From: Bacteroidota bacterium
GTDB lineage: Bacteria > Bacteroidota > Bacteroidia > NS11-12g > UBA9320
Length of the DNA stretch: 64,000 nucleotides
Direction: 5' to 3'
NCBI GenBank assembly: GCA_013359235.1
Contig: JABWCE010000003.1
Coordinates: forward strand, 80,517 to 144,516
Below the pieces are notes generated by a model that had not been told where the DNA came from, ran no database searches, and saw only the letters and a list, made by a program, of their open reading frames with translations. Every line of letters starts with the position of its first letter. The first letter of the stretch is position 1. Both the position numbers and the translations under genes were made by a program. Positions 11,242-21,790 of this stretch are shown in pieces.

Positions 11242-14200
11242 ATGAGTTGGATAGAAGACATCATATCACCCAAAACCCGTCAATGGGAAGAATTTTACCG
11301 CAATCGTTTTCAACACGATAGAATAGTAAGAAGTACTCATGGGGTAAACTGTACAGGAAGTTGCTCATGGCAAATCCATGTTAAGGAAGGAATAGTAGTG
11401 TGGGAAACACAACAACTCGATTACCCATTGCTTGAAAATTCTCTTCCACCCTACGAACCAAGAGGTTGCCAAAGAGGAATATCTTACTCATGGTATTTAT
11501 ACAGCCCATTGAGAATAAAATATCCTTTGATAAGAGGAACTTTAATTGATTTTTTCAGGGAAGAAAAAGAAAAAGCAGGAGGAAATCCAGTTTTAGCTTG
11601 GGAAAATCTTCAAAATAATAAAGAAAAACGTACAAGATATCAAAAATCAAGAGGTAAAGGTGGTTTTAGAAGAGTATCTTGGGATGAAGTTTTAGAACTA
11701 ATTGCTGCTGCAAATATTTACACAGCAAAAAAACATGGACCGGACCGTGTTGCCGGATTTTCGCCTATACCTGCAATGTCAATGATAAGTTATGCCGCAG
11801 GAGCTAGATTTTTGCAACTATTTGGTGGCTTCAATCTTAGTTTTTACGATTGGTATTGCGACCTTCCAACTCATTTCCCAGAAATGTGGGGCGAACAAAC
11901 TGATGTTTGCGAAAGTGCAGACTGGTATAATTCTAAATTTATTGCTGATATGGGAGCTTGTTTAAATATGACAAGAACACCAGATTGCCATTTCTTTGCA
12001 GAATCAAGACACAACGGAACAAAAGCTGTTGTTTTCTCACCTGACTTTAGCCAGGTTTGTAAATATGCTGACCAATGGGTTCCATTACATCCAGGTACTG
12101 ATAATGCATTTTGGATGGCAGTTACACACGTTATATTGAAAGAATTTCATTACGAAAAACAAACACCATATTTCATTGAGTACACAAAACAATATACTGA
12201 TAGTTCATTCCTAATTCATTTGAATAAAGAAGGGGATCATTATGTTCCCGGAAGACTTGTAAGAGCAAATGAAATTGCTAAATGGAAAGACATAGAAAAT
12301 GGCGATTGGAAATTTTTAAATATTGATGAAAAATCTGGCGATTTAGTTGTACCAAAAGGCACAATGGGTTACAGATGGGATAAAAATGGAGGAAAGTGGA
12401 ACATGAAATTTGAATGTGGAGAAACCGATAAAACATTTGATCCTGTATTAACCACAATCAATAAAAATGACGGAGTTCTTCAAACCGAGTTTGTTGAATT
12501 TGGTTTAGATAATAAATTTTTACGCGGCGTACCTGTTAAATACCTTGAAACTGTAAACGGCAAAGTACCTGTTGCTACCATATACGATGTAATAATGGGA
12601 CAATATGGAGTTGACAGAGGATTAGAAGGACAATATCCAAAAAATTACGAAGACAAAGATTCGTCATATACTCCAGCATGGCAAGAAATTTTTACAGGAA
12701 TTGATTCAAAAACTGTTTTACAATTTGCCAGAGAATGGGGAAATACAGCAGATGTTACTAAAGGAAAATGTATGGTAATTGTAGGAGCCGGTATAAATCA
12801 CTGGTATCATGCAAATTTAATTTACCGTTCAGCAGCTATGACTCTTGCATTAACTGGATGTGTAGGTAAAAATGGTGGAGGATTAAACCATTACGTAGGA
12901 CAGGAAAAACTTGCACCAGTTGATTCATGGGGTGGGGTAACATTTGCAAAAGACTGGGTTCCTACTGCACGATTACAACAAGCACCTTTGTGGCATTATA
13001 TTAATACATGTCAGTATCGTTATGATGGAAGACATTCACATTACAATGCAGTTCCTGATAACGAATTTACTAGAAAACACACAGCCGACAGCATTTTTAT
13101 GTCTGTTAGAAACGGATGGATGCCCTATTATCCTCAGTTCAACCAAAATCCATTAAATTTAGTAAAAGAAGCTGAAAACAGTGGTGCAAAGACAAATGAA
13201 GAAATTGTAAATTACACTGTAGATCAACTTAAAAACAAAAAGCTTCAATTTGCAATAAATGACCCTGATGCCGAAGAAAATTTCCCAAGACTTTGGTATA
13301 TATGGCGTGGAAATGCAATTACAGGTAGTATGAAAGGGCATGAATACGCATTTAAACATTACCTTGGTACACATCATAACTCAATTGGTAAGGATTCTGA
13401 CGAACATACAGAAGAAGTAGTATGGCATGATATTGCACCCGAAGGGAAAATGGATCTTGTAGTTGACCTAAACTTCAGAATGGATTCATCAGCATTATAT
13501 TCAGATATTGTTTTACCTGCTGCATCGTGGTACGAAAAAACAGATATGAACAGTACTGATATGCACTCGTTCATACATCCATTAGGACAAGCAATTGCAC
13601 CGGTTTGGGAATCAAAAACCGACTGGGATATTTTCAAAAACATTGCAAAAGTTACAAGCGACATTGCAAAACAATATTTTTCAGAACCAATGAAAGATAT
13701 TATAATGACGCCATTGTCACACGATTCTGTTGATGAAATTACACAACCTACAATTAAAGATTGGTACAAAGGCGAATGCGAACCAGTTCCCGGAAAAACT
13801 ATGCCAAAACTTACAGTTGTTACAAGAGATTATACCAAACTTTACGAGAAGTTTATAACTCTTGGCGAAGGAATCAGAGAAAAAGGACTTGGTGCACATG
13901 GCAATCATTATAACATACAAGAAGAGTATGATGAAATGTGCAATTCAAACCATTTTCCAAGAAGAAAATATGAAGACAAAACGCTACCTTCAATACAAGA
14001 AGACGAATGGGTATGTAATGCAATATTAAATCTTTCAACACTTACAAACGGTAAGCTCAATTACGATGCTTATAAAAATATGGAGAAAAAGACAGGTTTG
14101 CAATTAGCAGACTTAGGCGAAGGCACAAAAGATGTAAGATTCAGATATTCTGATTTAGCTGCACAACCCAGGAGATACAATACATCACCGGTTTGGTCAG

Positions 14201-14859
14201 GTTTAATGAACAATGGAAGAGCGTACTCGGCATATACATATAATGTTGATAAATTGATTCCTTGGAGAACCCTCACAGGAAGACAACATTTTTACTTAGA
14301 CCATGAGTTATACATTGCCCACGGCGAACATTTACCTACTTACAAACCCGCTCCAAGACCCGAAGTTTACGGCGATTTAAGAGAAACATGGAAAAACGGT
14401 AAAGCATTAGCATTAAACTATCTTACTCCTCACGGAAAGTGGCACATACACTCTACATATATGGAAAATATCAGAATGTTAACACTATCAAGAGGCTGCG
14501 AACCATGTTGGTTAAGTGAAAAAGATGCCGAAACATTAGGGATTAAAGATAATGACTGGGTAGAAGTACACAATGACCATGGAGTTTATGTTACAAGAGC
14601 ATGTGTAAGTTCAAGAATTGCTCCTGGCAGTTGTATAGTTTATCACGTACCCGAAAGAACAGTAGGTATTCCAAAATCACAATTGAGAGGCAATAAAAGA
14701 GGTGGCGGACACAATAGCGTTACACGTACACACTTAAAACCTAATTACCTTAGTGGTGGATATGGTCAGTTTTCATATCACTTCAATTATTGGGGACCTA
14801 TTGCTCCACAGCGTGATACACATGTTGTAGTTAAAAAAATGGAAAATTTAGTTTGGTAA
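11242..14859 (+). CDS. narG: Nitrate reductase / nitrite oxidoreductase alpha subunit (Mo-bisPGD, cytoplasm-facing)
   Basis: FS0 motif [11 protein letters not shown], Mo-ligand region [35 protein letters not shown]; no twin-Arg signal. Confidence 0.96.
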   Translation: MSWIEDIISPKTRQWEEFYRNRFQHDRIVRSTHGVNCTGSCSWQIHVKEGIVVWETQQLDYPLLENSLPPYEPRGCQRGISYSWYLYSPLRIKYPLIRGTLIDFFREEKEKAGGNPVLAWENLQNNKEKRTRYQKSRGKGGFRRVSWDEVLELIAAANIYTAKKHGPDRVAGFSPIPAMSMISYAAGARFLQLFGGFNLSFYDWYCDLPTHFPEMWGEQTDVCESADWYNSKFIADMGACLNMTRTPDCHFFAESRHNGTKAVVFSPDFSQVCKYADQWVPLHPGTDNAFWMAVTHVILKEFHYEKQTPYFIEYTKQYTDSSFLIHLNKEGDHYVPGRLVRANEIAKWKDIENGDWKFLNIDEKSGDLVVPKGTMGYRWDKNGGKWNMKFECGETDKTFDPVLTTINKNDGVLQTEFVEFGLDNKFLRGVPVKYLETVNGKVPVATIYDVIMGQYGVDRGLEGQYPKNYEDKDSSYTPAWQEIFTGIDSKTVLQFAREWGNTADVTKGKCMVIVGAGINHWYHANLIYRSAAMTLALTGCVGKNGGGLNHYVGQEKLAPVDSWGGVTFAKDWVPTARLQQAPLWHYINTCQYRYDGRHSHYNAVPDNEFTRKHTADSIFMSVRNGWMPYYPQFNQNPLNLVKEAENSGAKTNEEIVNYTVDQLKNKKLQFAINDPDAEENFPRLWYIWRGNAITGSMKGHEYAFKHYLGTHHNSIGKDSDEHTEEVVWHDIAPEGKMDLVVDLNFRMDSSALYSDIVLPAASWYEKTDMNSTDMHSFIHPLGQAIAPVWESKTDWDIFKNIAKVTSDIAKQYFSEPMKDIIMTPLSHDSVDEITQPTIKDWYKGECEPVPGKTMPKLTVVTRDYTKLYEKFITLGEGIREKGLGAHGNHYNIQEEYDEMCNSNHFPRRKYEDKTLPSIQEDEWVCNAILNLSTLTNGKLNYDAYKNMEKKTGLQLADLGEGTKDVRFRYSDLAAQPRRYNTSPVWSGLMNNGRAYSAYTYNVDKLIPWRTLTGRQHFYLDHELYIAHGEHLPTYKPAPRPEVYGDLRETWKNGKALALNYLTPHGKWHIHSTYMENIRMLTLSRGCEPCWLSEKDAETLGIKDNDWVEVHNDHGVYVTRACVSSRIAPGSCIVYHVPERTVGIPKSQLRGNKRGGGHNSVTRTHLKPNYLSGGYGQFSYHFNYWGPIAPQRDTHVVVKKMENLVW

Positions 14860-14895
14860 TAATTTAAAAATTAATAAAAGAAAAATAAAATAATT

Positions 14896-16446
14896 ATGGA
14901 CGTTCGTTCTCAAGTATCAATGGTTTTTCATCTCGATAAATGTATCGGATGCCACACATGTTCAATAGCATGTAAAAACATTTGGACCGACCGCAAAGGT
15001 GCAGAATATATGTGGTGGAATAATGTTGAAACAAAACCCGGAACCGGTTATCCAACAAAATGGGAAGACCAGTCAATTTACAGAGGTGGCTGGCAAAAAG
15101 AAAACGGTAAGGTAACACTTAAGGGAGCCGGTAAAAGGCGTGGTTTAACAAATATATTTTACAACCCTAACCTGCCAGTAATAGATGACTATTATGAGCC
15201 ATTTACCTACAAATATCTCGACTTGATAGAATCACCAGAAGGTGATGACCAACCAACCGCAAGACCAGTATCTTTAATTACAGGCGAACCCATTGATATA
15301 AAAATGGGACCTAACTGGGATGATGATTTAAGCGGAACCCCCGACTACGCAAGAAATGACCCTAATTTCAAAAATATGTCTGAAGCCGAGCAAGAAGTTA
15401 TGTTTCAGCTTGAAAAAATGGCATTTTTCTACTTGCCACGTATTTGCAACCATTGCTTAAACCCTGCTTGTGTAGCATCTTGCCCATCAGGAGCTATTTA
15501 CAAAAGAGGCGAAGATGGTGTGGTACTTATAAATCAGGAAGTATGCCGTGCATGGAGAATGTGTGTTACAGCTTGCCCTTATAAAAAATCATACTATAAT
15601 TGGCATACAGGAAAATCAGAAAAATGTATTCTTTGTTTTCCAAGAATAGAAGCAGGATTAGCTCCGGCATGTATGCACTCTTGCGTCGGAAGAATAAGAT
15701 ATTTAGGAGTTTTGTTATACGATGCTTCTAAAATAGAAGATGTAGTACACGACGATGAAAAAAACTTGATAAACAGACATCTTGATATAATATTAGACCC
15801 ATTTGATGAAAAAGTAATTAGAGCAGCAAAAATGAACGGAGTAGCTGATTCAACAATACATGCAGCACAAAATTCTCCAGTTTATAAATATGTAAAAGAA
15901 TGGAAACTTGCGCTTCCGCTTCATGCTGAATTTAGAACATTACCAATGTTATTTTACGTTCCACCATTATTACCAGTAATGGCTACTTTAAAACAAGTTG
16001 ATAATACTGAACAATCAGAAAAAATGAACCCAATTGCTAAATACTGGGACGACAACTGGTTGTACGATACAAGTACTGCCGAGCTTTGGGGCACTTTAGA
16101 TCAAGTGAGATTCCCATTGAAATATCTTGCAAGTATGCTCAGTGCAGGCAACGAAGATATGATTAAAGACAAGTGGAAAAAACTTATGGCTGTAAGAATT
16201 CACAGACGTAGAGTAACAGTAGGCGATATTAGCAATGAAAAAGCTGATGAAGTGTTGAAAGAAGCCGGTTTAACAGCCGAACAAGCAGAAGGAGTATTTT
16301 ACTTAACAGCACTTGCCAAATTTGAAGATCGTTTCGTAATTCCACCCGCACACCGCGAACAAGCTATAGAAATGATGGACTTTACAGGTGATGCAAAAGG
16401 AGAAATAGGTTTCGGTATAAAAAGCAAAGTAAGAAGAGGAATTTAA
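14896..16446 (+). CDS. narH: Nitrate reductase beta (Fe-S) subunit
   Basis: CIGCHTC..C, CNHCLNPAC..C, CRAWRMC..C (Trp replacing Cys at the 3Fe-4S site), CILC..C..C. Confidence 0.96.
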   Translation: MDVRSQVSMVFHLDKCIGCHTCSIACKNIWTDRKGAEYMWWNNVETKPGTGYPTKWEDQSIYRGGWQKENGKVTLKGAGKRRGLTNIFYNPNLPVIDDYYEPFTYKYLDLIESPEGDDQPTARPVSLITGEPIDIKMGPNWDDDLSGTPDYARNDPNFKNMSEAEQEVMFQLEKMAFFYLPRICNHCLNPACVASCPSGAIYKRGEDGVVLINQEVCRAWRMCVTACPYKKSYYNWHTGKSEKCILCFPRIEAGLAPACMHSCVGRIRYLGVLLYDASKIEDVVHDDEKNLINRHLDIILDPFDEKVIRAAKMNGVADSTIHAAQNSPVYKYVKEWKLALPLHAEFRTLPMLFYVPPLLPVMATLKQVDNTEQSEKMNPIAKYWDDNWLYDTSTAELWGTLDQVRFPLKYLASMLSAGNEDMIKDKWKKLMAVRIHRRRVTVGDISNEKADEVLKEAGLTAEQAEGVFYLTALAKFEDRFVIPPAHREQAIEMMDFTGDAKGEIGFGIKSKVRRGI

Positions 16447-16456
16447 TTTAAAAACA

Positions 16457-17245
16457 GTGAGTATCAACACAGCTATAAAACCAGCAAAAGAAAGTAAGTA
16501 CGAAATATATAAGTATTTGGCGAATATGTTTGATTACCCTCAAAATGATTCATACAAAAACTCAATAATTTCAGTTTATAATTTGCTGAAAACCGATATG
16601 CCTGAAGCAGCAGCATCTATGAATGTATTCATTGACTTTGTTAATGAAGCCTCATTAAGTGAAATGCAAGAATTGTATTTACGTTCATTTGATGTGCAGG
16701 CAATTACTACTCTCGATATAGGTTTTGTATTGTTTGGCGAAGATTACAAACGCGGACAACTGTTGGTAAACCTAAACCGCGAACACCGCGATGCCAACAA
16801 CACCTGTAATACAGAACTTGCAGATAGTTTGCCAAACGTACTCAATCTAATTTCACGAATGACAAATATTGAGATGCGTGATGAAATTGCTTCAAAACTT
16901 GTAATTCCGGCTGTTGTAAAAATGTCAAGCGAGTTTTCTTCTGATAAAATTGAGAAAAAAGATGAAATCTACAAAAAACACCTTAAAACCATTATTGATT
17001 TTTCTCAAAAATATCGCACTATTTACAAAACATTGCTCGACACTTTGCTTATTGTTTTAAAAAGAGATTTTAATTACGATATAAATATTCTTAACTATTT
17101 TAAAGAAGAAAAATGCCATGATGAATCAAAAGAGTCATGTTCATGCGATACAACGCCTAATACTGATGCTTTAGATGCTATCAACAACAACTACTTTAAA
17201 GACTTTAGTGAACAAATAGAAATTGAAATGATAATTGAAAAATAA
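16457..17245 (+). CDS. narJ: Nitrate reductase assembly chaperone (delta) with C-terminal extension
   Basis: QELYLRSFD, LFGEDYKRGQLL, TELADSLP; position between narH and narI; GTG start. Confidence 0.85.
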   Translation: MSINTAIKPAKESKYEIYKYLANMFDYPQNDSYKNSIISVYNLLKTDMPEAAASMNVFIDFVNEASLSEMQELYLRSFDVQAITTLDIGFVLFGEDYKRGQLLVNLNREHRDANNTCNTELADSLPNVLNLISRMTNIEMRDEIASKLVIPAVVKMSSEFSSDKIEKKDEIYKKHLKTIIDFSQKYRTIYKTLLDTLLIVLKRDFNYDINILNYFKEEKCHDESKESCSCDTTPNTDALDAINNNYFKDFSEQIEIEMIIEK

Positions 17246-17277
17246 AAATTTAACATTAAAATAAAAAATATAAAAAT

Positions 17278-18006
17278 ATGAATGTCCTTGATAATTTTTT
17301 CCTGATTGCACTGCCTTATATAGCACTTGCAGTATTTTTGGTAGGTTCTATTTACAGATACACCTATAAGGGATTTCAACTTTCATCGCTTTCTTCTCAA
17401 TTTCTTGAAGGAAGACGATTGTTTTATGGTTCAGTTCCTTTCCACTGGGGAGTTTTATTTTTGTTTACTGGGCACCTTATCGCTTTGCTATTTCCAAGAG
17501 GAGTTTTAGCTTGGAACAGCCAGCCTGTAAGACTAATGATATTGGAAATCACAGCTTTTATTTTTGGTATAAGTATGCTCATTGGTTTAGTGAATTTATT
17601 AATCAGACGATATACAACACCACGCTTGAAAACTGTTACAAACAGAATGGATTTGGTTATATATATACTATTGATTACTCAAACATTTGTAGGGCTTTGG
17701 ATAGCGTATAACTTCAGATGGGGTTCTTCATGGTTTTCATCATTACTTACACCATATCTTTATTCAATTTTTACTCTTCAACCAGATACTGCAGCCGTAG
17801 TTTTATTGCCTTGGACAGTAAAATTGCATATTATATTAGCATTTACTATTGTAGGATTAATACCTTTTTCAAGGTTAATTCACTTCTTGGTACCTCCTAT
17901 CAACTATATTTGGAGACCATACCAACAAGTAAAATGGTATTGGGACAGACGCAAAGTAAGAAGCCCAAGAACTCCTTGGACCCTTCAGCGTCCAAAAAAT
18001 AATTAA
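17278..18006 (+). CDS. narI: Nitrate reductase gamma subunit (di-heme b)
   Basis: SSLSSQFLE, PFHWG, TGHL, KLHI, PFSRLIH; five TM helices with four His. Confidence 0.95.
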   Translation: MNVLDNFFLIALPYIALAVFLVGSIYRYTYKGFQLSSLSSQFLEGRRLFYGSVPFHWGVLFLFTGHLIALLFPRGVLAWNSQPVRLMILEITAFIFGISMLIGLVNLLIRRYTTPRLKTVTNRMDLVIYILLITQTFVGLWIAYNFRWGSSWFSSLLTPYLYSIFTLQPDTAAVVLLPWTVKLHIILAFTIVGLIPFSRLIHFLVPPINYIWRPYQQVKWYWDRRKVRSPRTPWTLQRPKNN

Positions 18007-18008
18007 AA

Positions 18009-18467
18009 ATGTTGCTAAATATCGTTACTGATGAAGAATTACTAACAAGCCAAATTGTAAAAACAATTTTATTAGTTTTAGTTAGTTTAGGTATTGTTTA
18101 CAACATATTTAGAATTATCCGAAGCCAGACAAAAGTTAGAAAAATAATTAATTTTTCAATATTAGGGTTCCTTTTAATTACAATAGTTATAGTATTAAAA
18201 GAATACAAATATGAAACTACATTGCTTAAACACCCCTTGTATGTTGAAGGGACAACAATAGGTTATTGCAGTGTTTTCGGCAGAGGTGAAGGAATTGAAT
18301 TTGAATATGAAATTGATGGTATAAAATATAGATGTTGCAATACATATCATCCCGTTTCGAGAGATAGTATTGTAGTGCCTGGAGGAAAATATAAAGTAAG
18401 ATACACGAAAAAATATTTAAATAAAGGAAGGATGGTCTTTAAAAAGACTAATTTATTTCCACAATGA
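18009..18467 (+). CDS. Hypothetical membrane protein (2 TM plus small beta domain, DUF3592-like)
   Basis: Two hydrophobic helices then GTTIGYC..IEFEYEIDGIKYRCC..KYKVRY; starts 2 nt after narI. Confidence 0.7.
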   Translation: MLLNIVTDEELLTSQIVKTILLVLVSLGIVYNIFRIIRSQTKVRKIINFSILGFLLITIVIVLKEYKYETTLLKHPLYVEGTTIGYCSVFGRGEGIEFEYEIDGIKYRCCNTYHPVSRDSIVVPGGKYKVRYTKKYLNKGRMVFKKTNLFPQ

Positions 18468-18859
18468 AAAAAATAATAATAACAGCAATTATTCTATGTA
18501 GTTTTAACTTATCACAATCACAAAATCCAGAATCTAAAAACCAAAAGTCAAAGGTAACTTTTAAAACCGGAGGAACTTTAAATTTAAGTTTTCACCCCCA
18601 CAAAGGGACTAATTTAAATTCATTATTTCTTAATTTTGGTGGTCCAGGCATCAAGTTCGATTATGGGCAATACAGCATTGCCTACAACATGTTTCCTTCA
18701 ATCAGGTATTATGATGAAAATACATCACCAATACTTGGAACAGGGGTACAGTTAACTTACAAAAAATACTCATTTGTAGCCCCAATGTACTATGTAGTGA
18801 GCCCAAACAGTAAAAAAAATGTTTGGATTGTGAGTTTTGGATTCGGGTATAAATTATAA
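18464..18859 (+). CDS. Hypothetical exported protein, possible small outer-membrane beta-barrel
   Basis: Signal peptide, alternating amphipathic strands, C-terminus VWIVSFGFGYKL; start overlaps the upstream stop. Confidence 0.65.
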   Translation: MKKIIITAIILCSFNLSQSQNPESKNQKSKVTFKTGGTLNLSFHPHKGTNLNSLFLNFGGPGIKFDYGQYSIAYNMFPSIRYYDENTSPILGTGVQLTYKKYSFVAPMYYVVSPNSKKNVWIVSFGFGYKL

Positions 18860-18871
18860 AACCTTAAAATT

Positions 18872-20368
18872 ATGGAACAAAAAGTAACCGGATTGTCTTA
18901 CAGAATCCTGTTTTTAAATACACTTGCATTTACTGTATGCTTTGCCGTATGGATGTTTAATGGTGTTTTGGTAACATTTTTGGTTGATAATCAAATTTTC
19001 AAATGGAGTTCTGTTCAAGTAGGATGGCTATTAGCCATACCAGTTTTAAGTGGCTCTATTTTCAGATTGCACGGCGGAATATGGACTGATAAATATGGAG
19101 GAAAATGGATGCTGGGAGGTTTGTTGTTTTTATGTGCAATACCTATGTTTTTGGTAAGCCAGGCAAATAGTTTTGTATCATTTGCTTTGTGCAGCTTGGG
19201 TTTTGGGCTTGCAGGTGTAGGATTTTCTATTGGAATAGCATCAACATCAATGTGGTTTTCAAAAGAATGGCAGGGCAGGGCACTTGGTATTTTTGGAATG
19301 GGAAATTTTGGAGCAGGTATTACCACTCTATTAGCCCCGACAATTCTTAAAAAAATAACAAACAACGGTGCTAACCTCGATAATTGGAGACAATTACCAC
19401 AAATCTATGCTCTTGCTTTGGTAATTATGGGCGTAATTTTCATAATTTTTACCAAAAACAAAAAATCTGAATTTGCATTAAACAAAAAATTTACTGAAAT
19501 GCTAAAACCTTTAAAAGAAGTACGCGTTTGGAGGTTTGGTTTATATTATTATCTTGTTTTCGGCTGTTTTGTAGCTTTGGCTCAATGGCTTGTACCATAC
19601 TACATGAACGTTTACTCGGTTTCATTAGTAACTGCTGGGCTTTTAGCTACTATTTTCAGTATTCCATCGGGCTTAATAAGGGCTTTAGGAGGGTTTTTGT
19701 CAGACAAATTTGGAGCAAGAAGAGTAATGTATTGGATTTTTATAACATCAATATTTTTCTGCTTTTTATTAATAATACCTAAAATGACAATAAACTCACC
19801 GGGCATTGGCATACAATCAAAAAGAAACGGAACTATTTCGTTTGTATCTGATAGCCTTATAAAGGTTGATGATATTAGTTATACATTGATTAAAAAACCA
19901 TCAGAGAAACAAATTAACGGCAAAGAAAATTCAGCTCTGCCTCATAAAACCGAATGGCAGGAGTCTATAGTAAAAGTAGGCGATAAGGTAAAGAAAAAAC
20001 AAATAATTGCAAGGGGAACAACCAATATTGTATTTAAAGCAAATATATATGTTGCAACTTTGTTTATTTTTCTTGTTGGTATAATTTGGGGTATTGGCAA
20101 AGCTGCAGTTTACAAACACATTCCTAATTATTTTCCAAACGAAGTAGGTGCAGTTGGCGGTATGGTAGGTGTTTTGGGAGGCTTGGGAGGTTTCTTCTCT
20201 CCTATTATTTTCGGCTATTTATTAAAATGGACCGGGCTTTGGACAAGTATGTGGATTTTCTTATGGATAATTTCAGTGATTTGTTTATGGTGGATGCACA
20301 ATATTATTACTAAAATGCGTGATAAAGCTGCACCCGACACAAAAGGTAAATTTGAATCAATAAATTAA
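18872..20368 (+). CDS. narK: NarK family nitrate/nitrite MFS transporter (NarK1-like) with soluble insert
   Basis: GRALGIFGMGNFG nitrate signature, conserved Arg in GSIFRL and GLIRAL, GGMVGVLGGLGGF. Confidence 0.92.
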   Translation: MEQKVTGLSYRILFLNTLAFTVCFAVWMFNGVLVTFLVDNQIFKWSSVQVGWLLAIPVLSGSIFRLHGGIWTDKYGGKWMLGGLLFLCAIPMFLVSQANSFVSFALCSLGFGLAGVGFSIGIASTSMWFSKEWQGRALGIFGMGNFGAGITTLLAPTILKKITNNGANLDNWRQLPQIYALALVIMGVIFIIFTKNKKSEFALNKKFTEMLKPLKEVRVWRFGLYYYLVFGCFVALAQWLVPYYMNVYSVSLVTAGLLATIFSIPSGLIRALGGFLSDKFGARRVMYWIFITSIFFCFLLIIPKMTINSPGIGIQSKRNGTISFVSDSLIKVDDISYTLIKKPSEKQINGKENSALPHKTEWQESIVKVGDKVKKKQIIARGTTNIVFKANIYVATLFIFLVGIIWGIGKAAVYKHIPNYFPNEVGAVGGMVGVLGGLGGFFSPIIFGYLLKWTGLWTSMWIFLWIISVICLWWMHNIITKMRDKAAPDTKGKFESIN

Positions 20369-20380
20369 ATAAAAAAATAT

Positions 20381-21724
20381 ATGACAACATGGTTATCAAA
20401 ATGGGAACCCGAAAACAATGAGTTTTGGGAAACCGAAGGAAAAAAAATAGCGTGGAAAACCTTAATTTATACAACATTTTCACTAACACTTTCATTTGCC
20501 ACTTGGTTTATGATAAGTGCAATTGTAGTAAAACTGCCGGGAATAGGTTTTAAATTTTCAACCAATCAACTTTTTTGGCTTGCAGCTATGCCTGGTCTTG
20601 CAGGTGGTACTTTAAGAATTGTTCATACATTTCTATTGCCAATATTTGGAACAAGGCATGTAATCTCATACTCTACAATTATTAAACTTATACCTTGTAT
20701 AGGCTTAGGTTTTGCTGTAATGGATACTTCAACTCCATTTTGGATTTTTCTTGTACTGGCTTTTATGTGTGGTTTTGGCGGAGGTGATTTTTCGTCATTT
20801 ATGCCAAGTACCAATTTGTTTTTCCCGAAAAGATTAAAGGGAACAGCTTTAGGTATTCAGGCGGGGATTGGTAATTTTGGAGTAAGCCTTGCACAGTTTA
20901 TGACACCAGCTTTACTTGGTGTTAGTATCTTTGGAGCTTCGCAAACATTTACCAAAATTGATCCTAAAACAAAAGAAGTTTTAAGTACTTCTCAAATTTA
21001 CTTGCAAAATGCTGCTTTTTGGTATGTGCCATTAATAATCATTGTATCATTTGCTTGCTGGTATTATTTAAGAAGTATTCCAATGAAAGCCTCAATCAAA
21101 GAACAATTTGATATATTTAAAGAAAAACACACTTGGTACTGTACAATAATTTATTTTATGACTTTTGGTACTTTTGCAGGCTTGTCAGCAGCTTTTCCGT
21201 TAATGATGAAAACAATTTACGGAGGCTTTGAAGGAGCACCTGACCCATTGAAATACGCATTTTACGGTCCACTTATTGGCTCGGCTGCACGTGTATTTTT
21301 TGGTTTTATTTCAGATAGAACCGGAGGTGCTATTTTAACAACAATTACAGGAATTGGTATAATAGCAGGTTCAGTAATGCTTATTACAATGGGATTATTA
21401 ACCCCCGATAGTATGGAACAATTTCCAATGTTTGTAGCTGTAATGTTTGGATTGTTCTTTTTTACTGGTATTGGCAATGCTGCAACTTTCAGACAGTTTC
21501 CATTAATTTTCATTCATAACCAGCGCCAAGCTGCAGGTGTAATTGGATGGACAGCGGCTGTTGCTGCTTATGGACCATTTATTTTTTCGCTTTTAATTGG
21601 TATGATAATAAGTGCTACAGGCACACCAAAACCATTTTTTATAGGGTTAATTATTTTTACATTTATTGCAACTTTAATCAATTGGATATTTTATAATCGT
21701 AAGGGTTGCGAAAAGCCTTGTTAA
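20381..21724 (+). CDS. narK: NarK family nitrate/nitrite MFS transporter (NarK2-like)
   Basis: WEPENNEFW N-terminus, GFGGGDFSSFM, GIQAGIGNFGVS, FTGIGNAATF. Confidence 0.93.
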   Translation: MTTWLSKWEPENNEFWETEGKKIAWKTLIYTTFSLTLSFATWFMISAIVVKLPGIGFKFSTNQLFWLAAMPGLAGGTLRIVHTFLLPIFGTRHVISYSTIIKLIPCIGLGFAVMDTSTPFWIFLVLAFMCGFGGGDFSSFMPSTNLFFPKRLKGTALGIQAGIGNFGVSLAQFMTPALLGVSIFGASQTFTKIDPKTKEVLSTSQIYLQNAAFWYVPLIIIVSFACWYYLRSIPMKASIKEQFDIFKEKHTWYCTIIYFMTFGTFAGLSAAFPLMMKTIYGGFEGAPDPLKYAFYGPLIGSAARVFFGFISDRTGGAILTTITGIGIIAGSVMLITMGLLTPDSMEQFPMFVAVMFGLFFFTGIGNAATFRQFPLIFIHNQRQAAGVIGWTAAVAAYGPFIFSLLIGMIISATGTPKPFFIGLIIFTFIATLINWIFYNRKGCEKPC

Positions 21725-21728
21725 ATTT

Positions 21729-21736
21729 TATTTTTG
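21729..21736 (+). promoter_or_regulatory. Internal -7 promoter element for the hemerythrin-moa genes
   Basis: TATTTTTG just after the narK2 stop, 54 nt before ATG 21791. Confidence 0.5.
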
Positions 21737-21790
21737 CAATGCGTTTAAATGAAAATTTTAAACCACAATTGTAAAAAATATTAATAAAAA

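Noticed and set aside
11242-11400. Periplasmic (Tat-exported) Nar/NXR
   Set aside because: There is no twin-arginine signal; NarI and NarK indicate a cytoplasm-facing enzyme.
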